DNA from: Candidatus Kaelpia imicola
GTDB taxonomy: Bacteria; Omnitrophota; Gorgyraeia; Kaelpiales; Kaelpiaceae
Length of the DNA: 64,000 bases
Direction: 5' to 3'
Assembly: GCA_030765505.1 (NCBI GenBank)
Contig: JAVCCL010000019.1
Span: 3,516 to 67,515 of the forward strand
Made by a program: the position numbers and the translations under genes. Below are positions 32,341 through 40,683 of this stretch, in pieces (the stretch's first letter is position 1; the number at the start of each line of letters is the position of its first letter). A model generated the notes under the pieces. The model had not been told where the DNA came from and searched no databases. It saw nothing but the letters and a program-made list of their open reading frames with translations.

Positions 32341-32575
32341 ATTCTTTAATAGTAGTTTTTTAAAAACTAGTAGTCTCTAGTAGTGGTTGTTGAAAAGTTG
32401 AAAAACCATATAATACCATAAAATCAAATCAATTATTTATACACATCTTAATGTTATTTAAAAGTGTATAATACCTTTTTAACCCTCTCTCTATATTAAC
32501 AATCCGTATATCCACATATTATCCACAAGCAGCCTACATGTTTTTATCTATTTTATCCACAAGGTTATCCACAAC
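32341..32575. other. Candidate chromosomal replication origin (oriC): DnaA-box cluster plus an AT-rich unwinding region in the dnaA-dnaN intergenic region
   Basis: Perfect TTATCCACA at 32519-27, 32553-61 and 32565-73, plus TATATCCACA at 32507-16, all in the same orientation and overlapping the dnaA stop. An AT-rich tract (about 80% AT) lies at about 32400-32500. Confidence 0.75.
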
Positions 32576-33895
32576 GCTCTTTAAATTAGATTCTCTACCC
32601 TTCTCTATTTTTTGTATCGCATGCATAACCGTAGTATGATCTCTACCCCCAAAAGCTTGACCTACGCCGTTTAGGGATGAATCGGTATATTTTCTAGCAA
32701 AATATATTGCTATCTGACGCGGCAGAGCAATATATTTTTTACGCGACTTACTTTTTAAGTCCTCTACTGATAGATTAAAAAATTGTGCAACTTTATTTTG
32801 AATATAAGGTATTGATATTCTACTCTCTTCCTCTTTTACCATATCTTGCAGTATTTTTTTTGCCAAGACAATATCTATTTTCTCTTCTATTAAAGTAGAG
32901 TGCGCCACTACTCTAAGCAGCGCACCTTCCAGCTCCCGAATATTCGAAGATATTTTTTCTGCTATATAAGAGAGAACACTTTCTGGTATTAACAGTTTTG
33001 CATGTGCAGCTTTTTTCTTTAAGATTGCCATGCGGGTCTCATAATCCGGCTTTTGTACATCAACAACCAACCCCCAGTGGAACCTTGAGACCAGCCGCTC
33101 TTCTAAGTCCGGGATCTCTTTAGGTGAGCGGTCGCTAGAGATTACTATCTGTTTATGAGAATCATAGAGTGCGTTGAAAGTATGAAAAAACTCTTCCTGC
33201 ATACCTGTCTTACCCGCTAAAAATTGTATATCGTCTATTAATAAAAGATCGACACTGCGGTAACGTTCTCTAAACTTTGCAGTACTTCGGGTCTGTATTG
33301 CTCCTATCAGCTGGTTGGTAAACTCTTCAGATGATATATAATGAACTTTGAACTCAGGATAGCGGTTTATGATTCCATGTCCCATAGCATGAAGCAGGTG
33401 AGTTTTTCCCAGTCCTACTCCGCCGTATAAAAATAGCGGATTGTAATCTTTCGCAGGCGATAGTGTTATTGCAAAGGTTGCGGCGTGTGCAAGCTTGTTG
33501 CATTCTCCAACCACAAACTCTTCAAACGTGTTGTTGGGATTAAGTTTCTCCAGCACGTTTTTGGATATTAATTGTGTTCTATTTTTCGGTGTACTCTTGA
33601 GGTGCGGAGTTAATGCTAAATTATTATTTTCACTTCTTTTTTTGGATTCTTTAATAGAAAGCTTAATATTGTACTCTCTTCCGGTAGTCTCTCTTAAGAA
33701 AAAAAGAATTTTGTCCATATATCTTTCCCGGATCCAATTACTGAAAAACATATTAGGCACAACAAGCTCTATTGTGTTTTCAGAGAGTGCTTTGACTTCA
33801 AGAGGCTCTATCCAGAATTTGTATGTATGGCTGCCGAACTCTTGAATCAGCCTCTGTTCTATCTCCTCCCAAAAAGCAATATCTTGTTTCTGCAT
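32534..33895 (-). CDS. dnaA: Chromosomal replication initiator protein DnaA
   Basis: Walker A GGVGLGKTHLLHA, the AAA+ sensor, and the C-terminal DNA-binding helix-turn-helix (...RDHTTVMHAIQKIE). 453 aa. Confidence 0.97.
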   Translation of the reverse strand: MQKQDIAFWEEIEQRLIQEFGSHTYKFWIEPLEVKALSENTIELVVPNMFFSNWIRERYMDKILFFLRETTGREYNIKLSIKESKKRSENNNLALTPHLKSTPKNRTQLISKNVLEKLNPNNTFEEFVVGECNKLAHAATFAITLSPAKDYNPLFLYGGVGLGKTHLLHAMGHGIINRYPEFKVHYISSEEFTNQLIGAIQTRSTAKFRERYRSVDLLLIDDIQFLAGKTGMQEEFFHTFNALYDSHKQIVISSDRSPKEIPDLEERLVSRFHWGLVVDVQKPDYETRMAILKKKAAHAKLLIPESVLSYIAEKISSNIRELEGALLRVVAHSTLIEEKIDIVLAKKILQDMVKEEESRISIPYIQNKVAQFFNLSVEDLKSKSRKKYIALPRQIAIYFARKYTDSSLNGVGQAFGGRDHTTVMHAIQKIEKGRESNLKSVVDNLVDKIDKNM

Positions 33896-33996
33896 AGGCA
33901 GTAATTATAACAATCGATAGGCAGCGTTGCAATATTTAAGTTGATTTAAGCGAGTACTTTTTTTATAATAATCCGAACAGCAGGAGGTGATTAGCC

Positions 33997-34134
33997 TTGA
34001 AGAAGAATTTAAAGCCGGTTTCAAATTTAAAAAGAAAACGAAAACATGGTTTTTTGAAAAGAAATTCTACGAAGGCCGGGAAAGCAGTTCTTAATAGAAG
34101 AAGAAAAAAAGGGCGTGCTCAAGTTGCGGTTTAA
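33997..34134 (+). CDS. rpmH: 50S ribosomal protein L34
   Basis: Not in the ORF track (45 aa). TTG start 7 nt after AGGAGGTGA. The translation (M)KKNLKPVSNLKRKRKHGFLKRNSTKAGKAVLNRRRKKGRAQVAV aligns with the L34 consensus MKRTFQPS.LKR.R.HGFR.RM.T..GR.VL.RRR.KGR. Its stop overlaps the rnpA ATG (TAATG). Confidence 0.85.
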   Translation: MKKNLKPVSNLKRKRKHGFLKRNSTKAGKAVLNRRRKKGRAQVAV

Positions 34135-34472
34135 TGGATAAGCGTTTCAGCTCCCTTAAAAAGGAAAAAGACATTCAGGCAGTCTTTTTAGAGCGCAAGC
34201 GGTTCAGCAGTAAGAATTTTGTCTTTTATTACAAGTTGAGATTGGATAACAGCATCAAAGCTGCCTTTTTTGTACCTAAGAAAGTATTTAAACGGGCTTG
34301 GGATCGCAATAGAACCCGGAGAGTATTGAGGGAAGTTTTTAGAAATTATACTTGGGACAGCAAAGGATTGGATATTATATGCATTATCAGAACATTGGAA
34401 CGAGAGATGCTGAGTCTCAAAAAGATAGAGCCTCTCTGCTCGCTCTTGTTAAAGAAAATAGGTCGATCCTAA
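34134..34472 (+). CDS. rnpA: Ribonuclease P protein component
   Basis: Sits in the conserved rpmH-rnpA-yidD-yidC context. Basic 112-aa protein with the [10 protein letters not shown]...RNRTRR motif region. Confidence 0.85.
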   Translation: MDKRFSSLKKEKDIQAVFLERKRFSSKNFVFYYKLRLDNSIKAAFFVPKKVFKRAWDRNRTRRVLREVFRNYTWDSKGLDIICIIRTLEREMLSLKKIEPLCSLLLKKIGRS

Positions 34473-34669
34473 TTATAGCTATTATTAGGTTCTATCAAAT
34501 TTTGCTGGCACCACTCTGGCCTTCAAGGTGCCGTTTTTACCCGACATGTTCTAATTATTCTATTCAAGCACTGCAGGAGAAGGGTTTTATAAAAGGGATT
34601 TGGTTAACTGTAACAAGAATATTAAGGTGTAACCCTGCTTTTCCTGGGGGGTATGACCCTGTGAGGTGA
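34352..34669 (+). CDS. yidD: Membrane protein insertion efficiency factor YidD (true start probably about 34445-34475 at a non-ATG codon; the track ORF overlaps rnpA)
   Basis: C-terminal [61 protein letters not shown] is the YidD hallmark (CRF.PTCS.Y...RI.RC.P...GG.DPV). Confidence 0.7.
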   Translation: MGQQRIGYYMHYQNIGTRDAESQKDRASLLALVKENRSILIIAIIRFYQILLAPLWPSRCRFYPTCSNYSIQALQEKGFIKGIWLTVTRILRCNPAFPGGYDPVR

Positions 34670-34675
34670 TGAGAG

Positions 34676-36163
34676 ATGGAAAATAACAAGAGGATACTTC
34701 TTGCAACAGCATTGGCTTTCTTGGTTATGCTCGCTTACCCTTATTATGCGAAAAGATATATACCGCAGAGGCCGCATAGTGTAGCCCCCTTAGAACCAGA
34801 AACGCTTGTAGCAGAGGAAGATTTAGAGTCTGCCGGAGCATATGATACGGTATATGATACGGTTATAAGCGATGATACGGTAGATGATACGGTTATTGAA
34901 AATCAAGAGCTGAAAATTGAACTAAATACTCGGTCTGGAGTGGTCAAATCAGTAAAAATAAAAGACGGTTTAGAGCCGATTAGCTTTTACCCCTTGCAAG
35001 ATAAAAGGTTAGGACTGTTGATGCCAACCGTATCAACCGTATCATTTGAAGAAAGTAAAGACTGCGATACGGCTGAGATGGTTCTATCTTCAAATGGCGT
35101 TAGAAGAGAATATAGTATAGATAAACATCTTCTTCTCTTCAATACGGAGGGAGAATCTCAGCTCCTCTTCTATATGCCTGGTAAATATGAGGTCTCTATG
35201 CGGGAGTCCCGCTATCTGCGGGTTATGGTAAAAGATGGCCGGCAGAATACAGAGAGCATTAAGATTGGAAGCCTCTTAAAGAAAAAAAGGTTTTTTAATG
35301 CCGTAGATTGGTTTGCCCTCTCTTTTAGACATTACTCTATTCTCTTTGATCCCAGCCAAGATCTGGATCTAGAGATAAAACCTTCAAGCGATCAAGAAGG
35401 ATTCTTTTTCGCTATAAAAGGCAAAACAGAGAACATAGAAGTTTTAACATACATAGGACCCAATTCTGAGTCTATATTGGCATTTTACGACGATAATTGG
35501 TTGGATTTGTTAAATTACGGTAAGCTAAACAACATAGTAAAAAGCTTACTAGGCATATTTTATAAAGTCTCCCATAATTATGGTCTGGCCATTATTATGC
35601 TGGCGTTACTGTTAAACTTTATCTTTGCTCCTTTAACATTGAAATCTCAAAAATCTATGAAAAAGATGCAGAGCTTACAGCCCCATATGCAGGAGTTGAA
35701 AGAAAAACATAAAGATAATCCTCAGGCTGTCAATAAAGAGATGATGGAGCTTTATAAGAAGCATAAAGTCAATCCCATGGGTGGTTGTCTCCCTATGTTC
35801 CTGCAGATACCGGTCTTTATAGCGCTCTATAACACTTTGATGCGCAGCTATGAACTAAAACATGCATCGTTTCTGTGGATTAAAGACCTCTCTGTTCCTG
35901 ACAGGCTTTTTATGCTTTCTAAGAGCTTGCCCTTGATAGGCAGCGAGGTCAATCTATTACCTATTTTAATGGCGGGACTGATGTTTGTTCAGCAGAAGTT
36001 TTCTCCCACGGCTAAGGTCTCCAGCAGCAGCACTATGCCCAACCTCTGGTTTTTACCTATTATTTTTGGGGTTATTTTTTATAAATTCCCGGCAGGATTG
36101 GTCTTGTACTGGTTTACGAACTCACTCTCTATGCTCGTTTTGCAAAATATGCATAGAAAGTGA
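34676..36163 (+). CDS. yidC: Membrane protein insertase YidC, with a low-complexity DTV/TVS insert in the periplasmic domain encoded by decamer repeats
   Basis: N-terminal TM helix, periplasmic P1 domain, conserved core (...NPMGGCLPMFLQIPVFIALYNTLM...). 495 aa. Confidence 0.9.
   Translation: MENNKRILLATALAFLVMLAYPYYAKRYIPQRPHSVAPLEPETLVAEEDLESAGAYDTVYDTVISDDTVDDTVIENQELKIELNTRSGVVKSVKIKDGLEPISFYPLQDKRLGLLMPTVSTVSFEESKDCDTAEMVLSSNGVRREYSIDKHLLLFNTEGESQLLFYMPGKYEVSMRESRYLRVMVKDGRQNTESIKIGSLLKKKRFFNAVDWFALSFRHYSILFDPSQDLDLEIKPSSDQEGFFFAIKGKTENIEVLTYIGPNSESILAFYDDNWLDLLNYGKLNNIVKSLLGIFYKVSHNYGLAIIMLALLLNFIFAPLTLKSQKSMKKMQSLQPHMQELKEKHKDNPQAVNKEMMELYKKHKVNPMGGCLPMFLQIPVFIALYNTLMRSYELKHASFLWIKDLSVPDRLFMLSKSLPLIGSEVNLLPILMAGLMFVQQKFSPTAKVSSSSTMPNLWFLPIIFGVIFYKFPAGLVLYWFTNSLSMLVLQNMHRK
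34842..35083. repeat. Second cluster of the ATGATACGGT/ACCGTATCAT decamer: 4 direct copies (34842-34893), 2 inverted tandem copies (35027-35045) and 1 partial copy (about 35075-35082), all inside the yidC coding sequence
   Basis: Read directly. Copy spacings of 12, 18 and 12 nt keep the reading frame. The repeats encode AYDTVYDTVISDDTVDDTVI and MPTVSTVS. Confidence 0.8.
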
Positions 36164-36177
36164 TTTTCACGTGAAAA
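36164..36177. promoter_or_regulatory. parS-like centromere site: perfect 14-bp palindrome TTTTCACGTGAAAA
   Basis: Matches 14 of 16 positions of the ParB-binding consensus tGTTTCACGTGAAACa. It lies exactly between the yidC stop (36161-63) and the parA ATG (36178). Confidence 0.65.
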
Positions 36178-37020
36178 ATGATAATTGCAATATCAAATCA
36201 GAAAGGCGGCGTTGGTAAGACTACTACCGCAATTAACTTAAGTACAGCTCTGGCTTCCAAAAGTGCCGGCAGAGTTTTGCTGGTCGACTTTGATCCTCAA
36301 GCTAACGCAACAAGCGGTATCGGTATAACCAAAGCAGAATTGAGTAAGTCTATATATGACTTCATACATTTAGATGTCACTGAAGAGGTTATTTTAAAAA
36401 CGGCAATACCAAACCTTTTTCTCCTGCCTTCGACAATCGGACTTTGCGGGGCCGAGATAGAGCTTATTGAGAGCGAAGAGCGGGAGTTTAAGTTGAAAAA
36501 CAGAATAACTACTATTTCAAGCCAATATGATCATATTATTATTGATACTCCACCATCGCTAGGTATCCTGACAATCAACGCTCTTGTAGCGAGTGAACGT
36601 GTAATTATCCCCATACAGTGTGAGTATTATGCCCTAGAGGGGTTAGTCGATTTTTTAGGAACACTAAATCTTATAAAAGATAGGCTGAATCCTTCACTTG
36701 ACATTTTAGGAATTTTGCTTACAATGGCAGATTATAGAACGAATATTGCTCGAGATGTGGAAGAAGAGATACGCAATAATTTTAAAGATCAGGTTTTCCA
36801 CACAGTTATCCACAGAAACGTGCGCTTGGCCGAAGCTCCAAGCTATGGTCTGCCAATAGAGCTGTACGACTCAAAATCAGTAGGAGCTTTATTGTACAGA
36901 GAGCTTGTAGATGAGGTTTTATTGAGAATGGGAGGAGTTTATGGAAAAGAAGAGAGGTCTGGGCAGGGGAATATCAGCTCTTATACCGGAGAAGAGAGCC
37001 AAGGATTCCAGCCGCTATAA
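36178..37020 (+). CDS. parA: Chromosome partitioning ATPase ParA/Soj
   Basis: MIIAISNQKGGVGKTTTAINL deviant Walker A. The C-terminal about 29 aa overlap parB by 80 nt, so the native end may be near ...EVLLRM. Confidence 0.9.
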   Translation: MIIAISNQKGGVGKTTTAINLSTALASKSAGRVLLVDFDPQANATSGIGITKAELSKSIYDFIHLDVTEEVILKTAIPNLFLLPSTIGLCGAEIELIESEEREFKLKNRITTISSQYDHIIIDTPPSLGILTINALVASERVIIPIQCEYYALEGLVDFLGTLNLIKDRLNPSLDILGILLTMADYRTNIARDVEEEIRNNFKDQVFHTVIHRNVRLAEAPSYGLPIELYDSKSVGALLYRELVDEVLLRMGGVYGKEERSGQGNISSYTGEESQGFQPL

Positions 37021-37774
37021 AGATATTGAGATTGATAGAGTCAAACTCAATCCGTATCAGCCTAGAAAAGAGTTTTCTAAGACCGAATTACTCCATCTTC
37101 AGCAATCAATCGCAAAAGATGGTCTCCTGCAGCCTATAGTAGTTGTAGAGGAAGGAGAATCTTTCAAATTAATAGCCGGAGAGAGAAGATTTAGATCGGT
37201 ACAGAACTTAGGCTGGGAACGCATCGCGGCTTTAGTTCTTCATAACGTAGAAGAGGTTGAACTTCTAAGAAAATCTCTTGTTGAGAACGTACAGAGAGAA
37301 AATCTGAATCCCATAGAAGAAGCTCAAGCCTATAAGAGGCTGATGGATGACTACGGCTATTCTTTAGAAGAGGTTGCAAGAGAGGTTGCAAAAGATATTT
37401 CAACCATATCAAATGCTGTACGGTTACTTGCGCTTCCTGAGAATATACAGAGAGACTTAAGTCAAGGATTGATCTCGCCTGGCCACGCCAGGGCTTTATT
37501 AATGCTGGGTAAGGGCCCGCAGGTGCAGAGCCTTGCCGATAAGATAAAGTCTGAAAAGATGAGCGTTAGAGAGGCTGAAAAAAGAGCTAAAAAGAGAGAA
37601 GGCAGACTCTCTTTAGATCCTCATCTTAAAGCAGCATTAGAGGAGCTGCAGAGAAAAATAGGTTCCAAGCTTAATGTAGAGATGAAGAAAAGAGGCGGGA
37701 AGATAGAAGTTCTTTTTATGGACAATGATGATCTTCAGAGAATAGTGGCAATACTTTTAGACAGGGAGGCATAA
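36941..37774 (+). CDS. parB: Chromosome partitioning protein ParB/Spo0J
   Basis: MEKKRGLGRGISALIP N-terminus, GERRFRA-like ParB box (GERRFRS), an HTH, and a C-terminal dimerisation domain. Confidence 0.9.
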   Translation: MEKKRGLGRGISALIPEKRAKDSSRYKDIEIDRVKLNPYQPRKEFSKTELLHLQQSIAKDGLLQPIVVVEEGESFKLIAGERRFRSVQNLGWERIAALVLHNVEEVELLRKSLVENVQRENLNPIEEAQAYKRLMDDYGYSLEEVAREVAKDISTISNAVRLLALPENIQRDLSQGLISPGHARALLMLGKGPQVQSLADKIKSEKMSVREAEKRAKKREGRLSLDPHLKAALEELQRKIGSKLNVEMKKRGGKIEVLFMDNDDLQRIVAILLDREA

Positions 37775-37777
37775 TAT

Positions 37778-38299
37778 ATGTTAAACCAGGTATTGGTGCT
37801 GATTAAACCGGACGGTCTTAAGAAGTCTTTAACAGGTAATATTCTCACCAGATTATCAGAGACAAAACTTGAGATTATAGCGGCTAGGATAGTTAGAGTA
37901 TCTAAAGAGCTGGCTGAAGAGCATTACCAACATCTTAAAACTGAGCCCTTCTTTAAAGAGTTGATTCAATATCTTCAGGGTGAGCTGCATCAGAGAAAGA
38001 AAGTGATGGCTATGATATACTGGGGGGAAGATGCGATAGCAAAAGTACGTGATATTGCCGGAGCAACTAATCCTGAAGAGGCCAGCCCGACGTCTATCAG
38101 AGGTCAATATGGCCGCATTACTACAAAAGGTCTTTATGAGAACGTTGTCCACGCTTCCGCTAATGCTGAGGAGGCGGAGAGAGAGATAAAGCTATGGTTT
38201 AAGCCGGATGAGATAATCTTTGATCTCTATGCCGTTAAGAACGGAGTATTAAAAGAGGAGAGAGTGAGGGTATGGGCACGAAGAACAGAAACAGAATAA
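37778..38299 (+). CDS. ndk: Nucleoside diphosphate kinase
   Basis: LIKPDG...NVVHASANAEEAEREIKLWF matches Ndk motifs (N.IHGSDS.E.A.REI.LWF). 173 aa. Confidence 0.8.
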   Translation: MLNQVLVLIKPDGLKKSLTGNILTRLSETKLEIIAARIVRVSKELAEEHYQHLKTEPFFKELIQYLQGELHQRKKVMAMIYWGEDAIAKVRDIAGATNPEEASPTSIRGQYGRITTKGLYENVVHASANAEEAEREIKLWFKPDEIIFDLYAVKNGVLKEERVRVWARRTETE

Positions 38300-38304
38300 G
38301 AAGC

Positions 38305-39138
38305 ATGACTGGTTTTGGTAAAGGGAGTGATAGGAGTGAGAAGTGCTCGTGCTACTGCGAGATAAAGAGTGTTAACCACAGATATTTGGAGATTAACACT
38401 AAGATGTCAGATGAGTTTTCAAGGCTGGAGTTAGAGACGAAAAGAATTATTAAAAATCAGGTTACCCGCGGGGCAGTCTATCTCAATCTCAGCTTTGTCT
38501 ATGAGGAGGGTATGAACCTTAAAGTCAACAACCGTCTATTTAGCAAACTTCTCAGACTTGAAAAAGAGATTGAATCCAAACATGGCATAGCACAACCTCT
38601 CAATATCCATTATATCTTAAGTTATCCCGGGGTTGTAAAACAAGCCCGTCCTGATATCTCCTCGGCTGAAAAGAGAAAGCTTATCATTAAAGCTCTTAAG
38701 AATGCGTTAGATTCATTGATGATTAGCAGAGATAGAGAGGGCGGGGCACTGCAGAAAGATTTATTTGTCTGTTTAAACAAGATAGAGAAGAGTCTTCAAG
38801 TTGTAGGTTCAGTAGAGAAAACAAGAGAAGAGGCTCTTTCAAAAAAGATGCAGAGAGAAGCAGTTCGAATACAGCATGCTCAGAGTACGGCGTCTCTGCC
38901 GGCACTTGCTTCTGTTAATGAAGAGGTTGTACGCCTTAAGACCCACCTTAAGACCCTTCGCAAGCTTATAAGTAAAGGCGGGGTTGTAGGTAGAGAGCTA
39001 GATTTTTTAGCCCAAGAGATGAATCGAGAGGCCAACACCATATCAGCAAAAGCACTCTCTTCCAAGACAGCCTGTTTTATCGTACAGATCAAGGCTGAAA
39101 TTGAGAAGATAAGAGAGCAGTCTTTGAATATTGAATAG
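38305..39138 (+). CDS. yicC: YicC-family stress-induced protein (YicC N-terminal plus DUF1732)
   Basis: Begins MTGFGKG (I prefer this internal start to the track's 38272). C-terminal GRELDFLAQEMNREANTISAKA is the YicC hallmark. Confidence 0.8.
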   Translation: MTGFGKGSDRSEKCSCYCEIKSVNHRYLEINTKMSDEFSRLELETKRIIKNQVTRGAVYLNLSFVYEEGMNLKVNNRLFSKLLRLEKEIESKHGIAQPLNIHYILSYPGVVKQARPDISSAEKRKLIIKALKNALDSLMISRDREGGALQKDLFVCLNKIEKSLQVVGSVEKTREEALSKKMQREAVRIQHAQSTASLPALASVNEEVVRLKTHLKTLRKLISKGGVVGRELDFLAQEMNREANTISAKALSSKTACFIVQIKAEIEKIREQSLNIE

Positions 39139-39152
39139 GGGAGGTCTAAAAG

Positions 39153-39386
39153 ATGAAGGCTTTAAATGTTGGGTATAGCAATACGGTATCTTTGGATAAA
39201 ATAGTTGCCGTGATAAATGCGGATTCTAAGCCTGCGCGCAGATTAAAAGAACGGGCAGAAAAAGAGGCCAGACTTGTAGATGCTACTAGCGGACGGAAGA
39301 CAAGGTCCTGTCTTATAACCAGCAGTAACCATATAATACTCTCGTCTTTAAATACTCAGACACTCTCACAGCGTATTAATGAATAG
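39153..39386 (+). CDS. DUF370/RemA-family protein
   Basis: KALNVGYSNTVSLDKIVAVINADSKPARRLKERAEKEARLVDATSGRKTRSCLITSSNHIILSSLNTQTLSQRI aligns with RemA/YlzA. Conserved position upstream of gmk. Confidence 0.75.
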   Translation: MKALNVGYSNTVSLDKIVAVINADSKPARRLKERAEKEARLVDATSGRKTRSCLITSSNHIILSSLNTQTLSQRINE

Positions 39387-39948
39387 AGAAGCCAAGCTGT
39401 TTATTATCTCCGGTCCTTCCGGTGTGGGTAAGACTACGATTGCTCAGAAGCTCTTTCAGGAAGTCGAAGGATTAGTCGGGAGTATATCTTGTACAACAAG
39501 AGAGAGAAGAGGGGCGGAGAGAGACGGTATAGATTATAGGTTTATCAGCAGCGGCAAATTTCAAGACCTTATTAAAGAGGGTGCTTTTCTTGAATGGGCC
39601 GGAATATTGGAGAGTCTCTACGGGACGCTGAGAGATGATATAGAGGCGCAAATAGCTGCGGGCAATGATGTTTTGCTCTGTATAGACGTACAGGGAGCTG
39701 CGCAGGTTCTTAAGGAAAAACCTGATACGGTAGCGATATTTATAATGCCGCCCAACATAGAAGAGCTGCGGATTAGACTGCTTAATAGAGGGGAGAGCGA
39801 AGGGGAGATAGAGAGGCGAATAGATTTGGCCAAAAAAGAGATAGAGAGGGTCTCTCACTATCACCGCGTTGTTTATAATGATGTTTTACATAAAGCCGTA
39901 GATTTGGTAAAATCTATAGTTTATGCAGAACGTCAAAAAATGGTATAG
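39379..39948 (+). CDS. gmk: Guanylate kinase
   Basis: P-loop LFIISGPSGVGKTT, the TTR.R..E..G.DY motif and overall GK fold. 189 aa. Confidence 0.9.
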   Translation: MNREAKLFIISGPSGVGKTTIAQKLFQEVEGLVGSISCTTRERRGAERDGIDYRFISSGKFQDLIKEGAFLEWAGILESLYGTLRDDIEAQIAAGNDVLLCIDVQGAAQVLKEKPDTVAIFIMPPNIEELRIRLLNRGESEGEIERRIDLAKKEIERVSHYHRVVYNDVLHKAVDLVKSIVYAERQKMV

Positions 39949-39970
39949 ATAACCAGAAGGAGGAGTTGAG

Positions 39971-40165
39971 ATGTCTTATGTAAAATTGGATGATGTAAGA
40001 AGAAATATAGAGAGCATCTATAAAGCCACTATTATAGCAGCACAGAGAGCTGTAGAGGTATCCGAGGCTATGGCTAATCAGAAATTGGTTACAAAGCAGA
40101 AGCCGACAACTTTTGCTATTCATGAACTTCAGGAAGGAAAGCTTAAATACAAAAAAGTAGGATGA
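39971..40165 (+). CDS. rpoZ: DNA-directed RNA polymerase subunit omega
   Basis: 64 aa. MSYVKLDDVRRNIESIYKATIIAAQRAVEV fits the omega pattern (...NRF.LV..AA.RAR.L). Conserved gmk-rpoZ-coaBC neighbourhood. Confidence 0.75.
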   Translation: MSYVKLDDVRRNIESIYKATIIAAQRAVEVSEAMANQKLVTKQKPTTFAIHELQEGKLKYKKVG

Positions 40166-40683
40166 AAACCGTTTTATTGGGAGTAACAGGCAGTATTGCA
40201 AGCTATAAAGCGGCTGATATAGCTTCTAAATTAACGCAGCAGGACTATAAAGTTTATACGCTGTTGACGGAGAACGCAAAGAGATTTATTACTCCGCTTA
40301 CGTTTGAAGCACTGACAGGCCAAGAGGTCTTTGATGATATGTTTAAGGAGCGTCAGACTCATATATCTTTGGCAGGAGAGGCTGACTTAATTCTTGTTGC
40401 ACCTGCTTCGGCCTGCTTTATATCCAAACTTGCTTCGGGGATTGTCTCTGAATTGCTGCAGCTAACCATAATATCTTCTTCAGCACCTGTGTTGATATGT
40501 CCCGCCATGAATGAAAATATGTACCGCAACCCGATTATAAAAGAGAATATTGCAAAATTAAAAGGATACGGCTATAACTTTTTAGATCCTGGCAAAGGAT
40601 GGCTAAGCTGCGGACATACCGGGGAGGGCCGGCTCTCTGACACAAAAGATATCTTAAAGAAATCTTTAGAATTGCTAAGATGA
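40162..40683 (+). CDS. coaC: Phosphopantothenoylcysteine decarboxylase (CoaC flavoprotein domain as a separate gene)
   Basis: KTVLLGVTGSIASYKAADIASKLTQ...PAMNENMY motif set of the Dfp N-terminal/HFCD flavoprotein family. Stops 4 nt into the next gene. Confidence 0.8.
   Translation: MKTVLLGVTGSIASYKAADIASKLTQQDYKVYTLLTENAKRFITPLTFEALTGQEVFDDMFKERQTHISLAGEADLILVAPASACFISKLASGIVSELLQLTIISSSAPVLICPAMNENMYRNPIIKENIAKLKGYGYNFLDPGKGWLSCGHTGEGRLSDTKDILKKSLELLR

Noticed and set aside
32341-33996. Second DnaA-box cluster upstream of dnaA (33896-33996)
   Set aside because: I looked for TTATCCACA/TGTGGATAA there and found none. That gap appears to hold only the divergent dnaA and rpmH promoters.
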